From positions 1,120,001 through 1,184,000 of the forward strand of contig CBDCDC010000001.1 in assembly GCA_965215195.1 (NCBI GenBank): a DNA stretch of 64,000 bases, written 5' to 3'. Shown here in pieces: positions 28,033-35,438 of this stretch (position 1 is the first letter of the stretch; every line of letters begins with the position of its first letter). This DNA comes from Candidatus Latescibacterota bacterium (GTDB lineage: Bacteria > Latescibacterota > UBA2968 > UBA8231). The position numbers and the translations under genes were made by a program. The notes beneath the pieces were generated by a model. That model was not told where the DNA came from, searched no databases, and saw only the letters and a list, made by a program, of their open reading frames with translations.

Positions 28033-29103
28033 TAGGACTTACGCAGTTGGATAGTTTAGGATAAGATAAAGGCTATTCCCCCTCCACCGCGAGCCCGTCC
28101 GATGAACCCAGCCAAGTGTGCCGACCACGACTACATCCACTTCCTGATCGCCGCTCAGAGTGTCTTCAGTTGTACCGAGGCCGCCCGCTGTCATCCGGAG
28201 GATGGCCCTCCTGTGTCCCATGACGCTTTCACGCGCCTGCTGACAAGACAGCCTCCCGATACCGAGGCGTTGTGGCAAGAGACCCAAGGGCTGGTTCGCC
28301 TCCAAGGCGGCGTGTTAGTGCTGGACGATTCCACCTTGGACAAGCCCTATGCCAAGCGGATCGAACTGGTGACGCGCCATTGGAGTGGCACCCATCACCG
28401 GGTAGTCTGGGGCATCAACCTTATAAGTATGGTCTGGTCGGACGGCCATGCTTGCATTCCCTGCGACTTCCGCGTCTATGACAAGCCTATCGGGGGCCAC
28501 AATAAGAACGAGCACTTCCGGGCGATGCTGGCCAGCGCCCAAGCGCGCGGCTTTCAGCCGGCGTGCGTGGTGTTCGATAGCTGGTATGCGTCCCTGGACA
28601 ACCTCAAGCGGATTCGCTCCTACGAGTGGGCTTGGCTGACGCGCCTCAAGGCCAACCGACAGGTCAACCCGGAGGGGAGCGGCAACGTGGCGATCCGCTC
28701 GGTGGCTATCGGACCGGAGGGCCGGCGGGTACATCTCAAAGGCTATGGGTTCATCAAGGTATTTCGGACGGTCTCGGCAAACGGAGACGCGCACTACTGG
28801 GCAACCAACGACCTAGAGATGGCAGTCAGCCGGTTTGAGGCATGGTCCAAGCGGGCGTGGTCCATTGAGACGTATCACCGAGGCCTCAAGCAGTGCTGCG
28901 GCGTTGAGCAGGCGCAGGTTCGGTCGGCCCGGGCGCAGAGAAATCATATCGCGTTGTCGATCCGCGCCTTCGTGCGGTTGGAGGTGCATAGACTCCAAAC
29001 CGGCGTTAGTTGGTATGAAGCCAAAAGGGACATCATCCGACAGGCCGTCCAGCGGTATCTGCAACGACCATTGCACAGGCTCAGTTCAACTGCGTAAGTC
29101 CTA
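28033..29103 (+). mobile_element. IS701-family insertion sequence (ISAba11-like ends)
   Basis: 17-bp IRs TAGGACTTACGCAGTTG / CAACTGCGTAAGTCCTA; 5-bp TSD TGGTT at 28028-28032 and 29104-29108. Confidence 0.93.
28102..29097 (+). CDS. IS701-family DDE transposase
   Basis: SHDAFTRLL, LVLDDSTLDKP, VVFDSWYAS, WSIETYHRGLKQ; stop lies inside the right IR. Confidence 0.93.
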   Translation: MNPAKCADHDYIHFLIAAQSVFSCTEAARCHPEDGPPVSHDAFTRLLTRQPPDTEALWQETQGLVRLQGGVLVLDDSTLDKPYAKRIELVTRHWSGTHHRVVWGINLISMVWSDGHACIPCDFRVYDKPIGGHNKNEHFRAMLASAQARGFQPACVVFDSWYASLDNLKRIRSYEWAWLTRLKANRQVNPEGSGNVAIRSVAIGPEGRRVHLKGYGFIKVFRTVSANGDAHYWATNDLEMAVSRFEAWSKRAWSIETYHRGLKQCCGVEQAQVRSARAQRNHIALSIRAFVRLEVHRLQTGVSWYEAKRDIIRQAVQRYLQRPLHRLSSTA

Positions 29104-29237
29104 TGGTTATCTTGCTAGCTGGAACTTTCGCCATCTGGTCAAGGTCAATACCCGCCGAGAGGTCAACTTGGTCAACGCCTTAGAAGGCTACAATCCTATC
29201 GAGATCGTTGCTCCACCCGAATTATAGGAGATGGACC

Positions 29238-29426
29238 GTGAACACTTTGACAAAGGACGCAAGAGATCGGCTTTGGGAGGAAGTCAGGGAAGAGTTTCCG
29301 CATGACGAGGTGATGCAGGAGGTACACTTCGTACGTCTTGTACATTTTTTACAGACGAAAGCTCTTACTCCAGAAGAACGTGTAAAGTTCTTTGGACAGA
29401 TAGAAAAAGCCGACGTGATCTCGTAA
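29238..29426 (+). CDS. Small hypothetical protein (partner of the PIN pseudogene)
   Basis: AGGAG RBS, GTG start; EVREEFPHDEVMQEVHFVRL. Confidence 0.6.
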   Translation: MNTLTKDARDRLWEEVREEFPHDEVMQEVHFVRLVHFLQTKALTPEERVKFFGQIEKADVIS

Positions 29427-29500
29427 TTCAATAGTTTCAATAAACGTCCTCTATACCGAGATCGTTGCAACTCAAGCTAATCGACACAGATAACTACCCA

Positions 29501-31447
29501 ATGCCATTGTGGACGTCCCATCTGCTGCCCCTGCCCCACGAGATTTGCATTGCCGACAGTATCCGCTGTCGGCCGGGCGAAGTGGAGATTGCGCTGCGGC
29601 CCCAAGCTGGGCCAATTGAGCGTCAGGGTGCGGCCGAGTTGGAAGCACTGTTCATTGAAAAGGGACAAGCACAGCCAAATGGTGGGGCTTTTACCATCGA
29701 CATTGGCGTGGCGCCGGCAAACAGCGCGGCGATTGGACAGCTCCAGAGCTTGAAGAATAAGGCTCAGGCGTACCTCATTGAGCCACGGGGGCGAGACGGC
29801 CTAGTGCTGACGGGTATAGACGAGCGCGGCGCGTACTACGCCTGCCAGACCCTGATCCAGTTGCTCGAACCCGAAATGAGCGAGGAGCAGGTACACATCC
29901 CCTTGGCGCAGGTGATCGACTGGCCCGATATGGACGAGCGCGGCCTGTGGAATTTTCCCGAGCCTGCGACTTGGATCCCGTGGCTGGCCGCGCTCAAATT
30001 GAACTACGGCAAAATGGCCTCGACGCAATTGCATCCCATTGAACGCGGTCGGCGCAACCGGGCCACTATTGACCGCGAACAGTTCGAAGCGGCGCGGCAG
30101 CGGGCGTTCAATTATCTGCCCTATATTCTGCACCTCAACTTCCTGCACGACTGCGGCCTCTTCAGGGCCTATCCCGAACTGGCCGGCAGGGGAGACAGGG
30201 CTTTGACCGGGCGCTATTTCGCCCACAAGGCCGGCAATCAGCACCGGGTTCCCTGCGCTTCGCAGCCGCTATTGGTGCAAATTCTGCAAGAGTGGATGGA
30301 GGATATCGCCGGGCAGGGAGCCAGGGAAATAAGCTGCTGGTTGAGCGAACGGCCGGGCCAGTGCGGCTGTGTTGAATGCAGTGCAGTGGGGCAGTTCGTG
30401 CTGGAGGCGCGGGCTTTTGTCGCGGCTTGGCGGCAGGCGCAAAAGCGCTATTCCAACTTGCAGATACGCATCTTTTTATCGACCACCACCACCGTGCGCA
30501 ACTATCGGGTGCTGGACGAGTTGCCCCCAGAGGTGAAGATCGAGCGGGCCTGCGCTACCGAGTTGGAGCGGGTGCTGCACCGGCCCCGCGATTTAATGGC
30601 CAATCCCCTGCTGGACCACTATGCGGCCGCGGGGCGCTGGATCGCCAGTTACGATGTGCCCATTGCGGCCAACGGCCGGGTGGATACGCCCGAGTTCAAG
30701 GTGCCGCAGCGCTCGGCCCACCGCATGCGCGACTACATCGGCCAACTGGTGCGGCGGGGTTATAGCGGGGCTTATGGCATGATGGCTTGGGGCGGTCCAG
30801 AGCGCCAGATATGCAGTTTCAATATCCACGCCTTGGCCGAGTGGGCTTGGAACGCGCAAGGCCGCGACGAGGCGGAATTCGCTCTAGCATGGGCCCGGCG
30901 GGAAGGCTACGCCCAGCCAGAGGCCGTAGCCGAGTGGGCCACCTTGATGGGGCCGGTGGAATTCGACGTGTACGATTCCGATTTCCCGATATGCTATTCT
31001 TGGGGCAAGGCCGCAGACATGGTGCGGCAGCGCCAGCGGCCCTATTTGGGCGAGGGGATGTTCCGCTACTATCTCACGGCCGCGGATTTCGACGCCAAAG
31101 TTGCGATTTGCGACCGGGCCTTGGCACTTGTCGAGGGCCTTGGGGAAGCGGAGCTGGCTCACGAGACGCGGGTGGTGCGATCCTATGTGGAATTGGCGTG
31201 CGGCGTCTATTGGGTAGCCGAACAGGTGGCTACGCTCGACTTAGGGGATATGGAAAACCAAGTGCTGGTGCGCGGCAGTCTCGAGCAGTTGCAAAAGGCG
31301 GGGCAGGACAATGTCGAGGCCATTCGGGATTGGCGCACTGGCTTGGGCAGCCAGCCTTGGCACTACCGGGTACACGATGCTATGAAGGGCACGGAGACGA
31401 CCGTGGCGGAGATCGTCCAATGCGTGGCCGACCGCTACTTGTACTAG
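29501..31447 (+). CDS. Protein with a GH20 domain-2-like N-terminus (putative glycoside hydrolase)
   Basis: LLPLPHE, QAYLIE, LTGIDERGAYYACQTLIQL, VIDWPDMDERG, LKLN. Confidence 0.72.
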   Translation: MPLWTSHLLPLPHEICIADSIRCRPGEVEIALRPQAGPIERQGAAELEALFIEKGQAQPNGGAFTIDIGVAPANSAAIGQLQSLKNKAQAYLIEPRGRDGLVLTGIDERGAYYACQTLIQLLEPEMSEEQVHIPLAQVIDWPDMDERGLWNFPEPATWIPWLAALKLNYGKMASTQLHPIERGRRNRATIDREQFEAARQRAFNYLPYILHLNFLHDCGLFRAYPELAGRGDRALTGRYFAHKAGNQHRVPCASQPLLVQILQEWMEDIAGQGAREISCWLSERPGQCGCVECSAVGQFVLEARAFVAAWRQAQKRYSNLQIRIFLSTTTTVRNYRVLDELPPEVKIERACATELERVLHRPRDLMANPLLDHYAAAGRWIASYDVPIAANGRVDTPEFKVPQRSAHRMRDYIGQLVRRGYSGAYGMMAWGGPERQICSFNIHALAEWAWNAQGRDEAEFALAWARREGYAQPEAVAEWATLMGPVEFDVYDSDFPICYSWGKAADMVRQRQRPYLGEGMFRYYLTAADFDAKVAICDRALALVEGLGEAELAHETRVVRSYVELACGVYWVAEQVATLDLGDMENQVLVRGSLEQLQKAGQDNVEAIRDWRTGLGSQPWHYRVHDAMKGTETTVAEIVQCVADRYLY

Positions 31448-31589
31448 CGGTCTGAAAATTCCGCGAACCGTCCCTTGTGTAGCAATCTAGGAGCGCGGGC
31501 GTCTCGCCCTCGAAAAACGTTCCAGCCGAGGGCCGCTGGACCGCTACTCAACGCGGTCCGACAGGGCGGTGAAGCAGACCGCTTCTAAG
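31445..31589. mobile_element. MITE-like element, copy 2 (left IR shortened)
   Basis: TAGCGGTCTGAAA...GAACCGTCCCTTGTGT...GGTGAAGCAGACCGCTTCTAAG, colinear with 15386-15562. Confidence 0.72.
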
Positions 31590-31656
31590 GACTCTTCAGT
31601 AACTGATGTTACGCGCCATTCAGGCGTTGGTGCTCCTTGCGCGTCTGTCTAGCAAA

Positions 31657-31684
31657 GTAGGGCATAACGATCGTTATGCCCTAC
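31657..31684. repeat. Perfect 28-bp palindrome
   Basis: GTAGGGCATAACGA|TCGTTATGCCCTAC. Confidence 0.8.
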
Positions 31685-31849
31685 CGTGCTGCCTACTTCA
31701 CGTTTCAGCGGCCCTCAACGTCGAAGCCGGCTTGTCCGGCCAAGCGCGGCAATGACACCCGACCGGTGGCCGCAAGCCGCAGACGCTGTATAAGAGCCTG
31801 CCCCGGCCAAGGCCGGGGATGCGGAACATCCGTTACCGATATGAACCAT

Positions 31850-31925
31850 CCATTGGTGTTCGTCGATCACCCGCTGGGCTTCTCAGCCGGATCGTCCAGC
31901 GACATGAAACACCCCTACTACAAGA
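31850..31925 (-). repeat. ~75-bp dispersed repeat, copy A (inverted relative to 48470-48544)
   Basis: Reverse complement TCTTGTAGTAGGGGTGTTTCATGTCGCTGGACGATCCGGCTGAGAAGCCC...GAACACCAATGG aligns with copy B. Confidence 0.8.
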
Positions 31926-31927
31926 CA

Positions 31928-33442
31928 TTATCGGTTGACCGTAACGCCTGCTGCTTCGAGGGCGGGGATGTGTGTGTTGATTGACTCGGCACTGAGGGTG
32001 GTAACGCCAATCAGAAACAGCCAGTTCAAGTTGGTCAGGCTGAGCAACGGACTCACATCCGTAATAGACGTGCCATTCAGACTCAGCTCTTGCAAGTTGG
32101 TCAGGCTCGTCAACGAAGCCACCCCCGCATCCGTAATGGACGTGAAACTCAGACTCAGCTCTTGCAAGGTAGTCAGGCTCGTCAACGAAGCCACCCCCGC
32201 ATCCGTAATGGACGTGCTACTCAGATGCAGATTTGTCAACTTGGTCAGGCTCGTCAACGAAGCCACCCCCGCATCCGTAATGGACGTGTTACTCAGACCC
32301 AGCCAGTTCAAGTTGGTCAGGCTGAGCAACGGACTCACATCCGTAATGGACGTGAAAGACAGCTCCAGCTCTTGCAAGTTGGTCAGGCTCGCCAACGGAC
32401 TCACATCCGCAAGAGCCGCGTTGTCCTCCAGGTACAGATCAACCAGCGCCGTCGCGTGTTCGAGGCCGGCCAAGCTCTGAATGCTTAGACTGCTTGCTTC
32501 AAGCGTCGTTAGGGACGCCAGATCGTCGGATGTAAGCGCACCTGTCGGTTTACCCAGTGCCTGCCGCACCGCACCCTCTAAGTTGGCGTCGGCGAACGAG
32601 CCGACTGGCGGGGGTGGAGCCGGAGTCGGGGGTGGAGCCGGGGCCGAGGGTGGAGCCGGGGCTGCTGCCGGGGCCGGTGGTTGCGGGTTCGGCAGGACGA
32701 CGGAGACCTTGACGTCCCCTTCTATCAAGGTGGGCACCTGTTCGGCGAGGTCCCCTTGGCGAATGAGATTGTCCACCAAGCCCAGCCAATCCAGCCGGGT
32801 CAGACCATCCAACGCACTCACGTCCGCCACCGCGTTGTGCCCCAAATCCAGCGAGGTCAGCTTCGTCAATCCCGCCAACGGACTCACCGCTTCAATCTGG
32901 TTGCCCCACAGGTTCAGGTAGGTCAGCTTCGTCAACCCCGCCAACGGACTCACGTCCGCCACCGCGTTGCCCCACAGACTCAGCCATTTCAAATTGGTCA
33001 AGCCCGCCAACGCACCCACATCCATCACCTGATTGTGCCCAAGGTTCAGGTGGGTCAGGCTGGTCAAGCCTGCCAACGGACTCAAATCCGCAATCTGGTT
33101 GCCCCACAGGTTCAGCGTGTCCAGCGCCGTCGCGTGTTCGAGGCCGGCCAAGCTCTCAATGCCTGAGACGTCTTGCCATTCTACGTCGAGCTTCGTCAGG
33201 GACGCCAGATCGTCGGCGGTCAGCGGGCCTTCCGGCTTGTTCAGCGTCCGCCGCACCGCAAGCTCTAGGTTGGCGTCGGCAAACGAGACGACAGCGTCCG
33301 ACGGCGTACTATCGGCTTCGGCCTGCCCGAGGGCTTTGCCCGCCGGCACCGGCGCGACCGGCGGATCGGAACAGGCCATCCAAGTAACCACTACGCCTAA
33401 AACGACGACCAAGTAGGCGTTTATTCGCTTCCATAAAGGCAT
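31928..33442 (-). CDS. Internalin-like leucine-rich-repeat lipoprotein, paralog 1 (504 aa)
   Basis: Lipobox WMAC; two FADANLE cap-plus-LRR blocks separated by a Pro/Ala linker; AAGGAGG RBS. Confidence 0.9.
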   Translation of the reverse strand: MPLWKRINAYLVVVLGVVVTWMACSDPPVAPVPAGKALGQAEADSTPSDAVVSFADANLELAVRRTLNKPEGPLTADDLASLTKLDVEWQDVSGIESLAGLEHATALDTLNLWGNQIADLSPLAGLTSLTHLNLGHNQVMDVGALAGLTNLKWLSLWGNAVADVSPLAGLTKLTYLNLWGNQIEAVSPLAGLTKLTSLDLGHNAVADVSALDGLTRLDWLGLVDNLIRQGDLAEQVPTLIEGDVKVSVVLPNPQPPAPAAAPAPPSAPAPPPTPAPPPPVGSFADANLEGAVRQALGKPTGALTSDDLASLTTLEASSLSIQSLAGLEHATALVDLYLEDNAALADVSPLASLTNLQELELSFTSITDVSPLLSLTNLNWLGLSNTSITDAGVASLTSLTKLTNLHLSSTSITDAGVASLTSLTTLQELSLSFTSITDAGVASLTSLTNLQELSLNGTSITDVSPLLSLTNLNWLFLIGVTTLSAESINTHIPALEAAGVTVNR

Positions 33443-33480
33443 TGTTTGCCTCCTTCTACGAAATAAAGGGGTGGATAGAG

Positions 33481-33535
33481 AGGAACAGGAACCGGCCGCC
33501 ATGGCGGACGACGGCCACGACGTACAGACGAATGC
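33481..33535 (-). promoter_or_regulatory. Conserved 55-nt 5' leader of LRR paralog 1
   Basis: 52/55 identical to 48620-48674. Confidence 0.6.
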
Positions 33536-33600
33536 CGCACGGGTAACATGCGGCGCGGGGTGGGACGGATCGCCAAACGGTCGTTTGGGATCCGTCGCCG

Positions 33601-33685
33601 GTGCTTGAGCAGTAGGGAATCTAGCGCTTTAGTGCTTGAGCAGAATTTCGAGGGGGGGGTAAATTATTGTTTTTTAATGACTTAC
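33601..33685. promoter_or_regulatory. Putative regulatory region of the LRR gene: repeated GTGCTTGAGCAG, G8 tract, imperfect palindrome
   Basis: 12-mer at 33601 and 33632; G8 at 33652-33659; GTAAATTATTG...AATGACTTAC at 33659-33685. Confidence 0.4.
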
Positions 33686-33895
33686 GTAACATTTTTTTAG
33701 CAGGTCGAGAATCGGTGGTGTACTCGGTGCGCCACGCGCTGTAAAAGACAAACACAACATCTCACGCCCTTGTATTCTATGGTCGCTACGTGAACAAATC
33801 AAGGGATATTTGAAATTGCAGTCCCCGGATAAAGAGGCAGAACGTCCCCAAAAAATTCAAAGGGACCCACGACCCCTTATTCGTTCGGTAGTGGA

Positions 33896-34102
33896 TTACA
33901 CGGGCGGCGGGGACCGACCGGCGGCGGGCGCGTCGGACCAAGCCAACAGACTTGCTCGAACCCATTGCTCGCCGGATTGGGTGCCATGTGGAATAGGCAA
34001 CGTTGTGATGTCGCGAGCTTTGAATTGCCGTCGGCGCAGAAATCGGCGTACAAACGTGTCTGTGGCCGCGTCCTCGCAGAGCAACGCGATTCGGACGCTC
34101 AT
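33896..34102 (-). pseudogene. Truncated partner of the AAA ATPase (TOPRIM-like start IALLCED)
   Basis: MSVRIALLCED...GTQSGEQWVR then unrelated low-complexity tail; ATGA overlap with the ATPase. Confidence 0.55.
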
Positions 34103-35200
34103 TCCCAGCGTCTTGCTATGACTTCGGACAGAGACAGGCCATCGACGGTATGCTGCGGTTCCTTGCTCACCCGCACCGGGCCGTCTCCATCGCGGAAGAA
34201 CCACCTACCGTTCGCGCCCGCCATGTAATCAATCGTCACGGGGGTGATGCGATGCGACGACAATTTGCCCCAAGGACCGGCCGACCCGCTCGACCGCGTC
34301 GGCGAGATAGGGCTGTACTTCCCCCAAGGCAAGGTAGTTGTCGGGTTCATCGACGAACAGTGAAACGCGGCGGTCCGCGGCGAGATGGAGCAGGCTGTAC
34401 ATGGCAATCAGGGCTCGCTGGCCATCGGAGAGTTGATCGAAACCGTAGCGGATCGGCTCGGGCGACGAGCCGCGAAAAATTGCTTTGAGGGCGCGGGAGT
34501 TCTCTCCAGATTCCGTCAGATTGATCGAGTCGAAACCGGGGAGTGCTTCGCGGAGGGTCTCGAATAGCGAAACGATGGAGCGCATATTCTCTTGTGCAGC
34601 GCGACGATACCAGCCGACGAAGTTCTGCATCAAAGGTTCCAAGAACTCGTCCTCGGTTCTCGTTTCGGCAGACATGATAGGCGGGCAGCAGCTAACGATT
34701 ATATAGTTGGCGATCTCCTTCTTGAACTGCGTTAGCTTCTTATTGTCGATCCTTTCGTTTAAGAAGCCGATCCCGGACTGCGACCAATCGAAGGGATACG
34801 AAGGGCCTTTGGAGTAGTCATCGCGATATAGCTGTGCGTCTCCGTTCTTGAATTCAAAGATCGGGTTGCCGTCGTGTTCAAGCACTTCTTCCCCGACTCG
34901 CATTTTGCTACGAGAGGGATCGTGCTGCACGATGAGCGAATAACGGTAGGTTTCTTCGTTGATGCGGGTCTCAATTTCGAATCGCTGTTCGTTGCGTTGG
35001 CCGTAAAGCGAAATGTCCCGGGCAGGAAACACTGTGTCCACTTTTGAGCCCCGCACAACCAAATTTTGGATGTTCCTGAGCACGTTCAGGACGGAGGTCT
35101 TACCCGTGCCGTTCCGCCCTAGGAAGACGTTCGTCTGGTCGAGATCGAGTTCAAAGTTCTCCAGACAACGGAAGTTGTCCACATAGAGTCTTGACAGCAC
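34099..35200 (-). CDS. ABC-type AAA ATPase (AAA_21-like), one frameshift in a homopolymer near 34242
   Basis: VDNFRCL, GRNGTGKTS, LSDGQR, FVDEPDNYL, ASHHP; continues VTIDY...SEVIARRWE in another frame. Confidence 0.85.
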
Positions 35201-35438
35201 GGGCGTCCCCTTTAGTGGTTGGTTTTTCTATTCGCATCAATGTCGTTGAGATGGTATTGACCTGTCAAGGAGACCGCGACGAGCCGTCCGGCCTTGGGGT
35301 AAGTCTGCTCAGAAGCTCTGGCGTGTACGCGATCGTGCCATCGGCATTGATCGTCGCCGTGCCGTGGGCCGTGGTAGCTGATGTCGCCACCACCGCCGAT
35401 CTCGAAGAGGCCAGCGGCCGCCCACGCACTGAGCCTCC

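Larger units (their letters stand above)
27693..29227 (+). pseudogene. PIN-domain gene with an in-frame TAG (27987) and an IS701 insertion
   Basis: VYLDTTVPS...KYT*DANHVALAVVHGIG|YLASWNFRHLV...IVAPPEL*; the frame is restored on removing the IS plus one TSD copy. Confidence 0.85.

Noticed and set aside
32040-32400. CRISPR-like pattern (44-bp identical blocks with 28-bp variable spacers); similar at about 49790-50220
   Set aside because: The period is exactly 72 bp (24 codons) inside an LRR ORF, the spacers are homologous to each other, and there are no cas genes.
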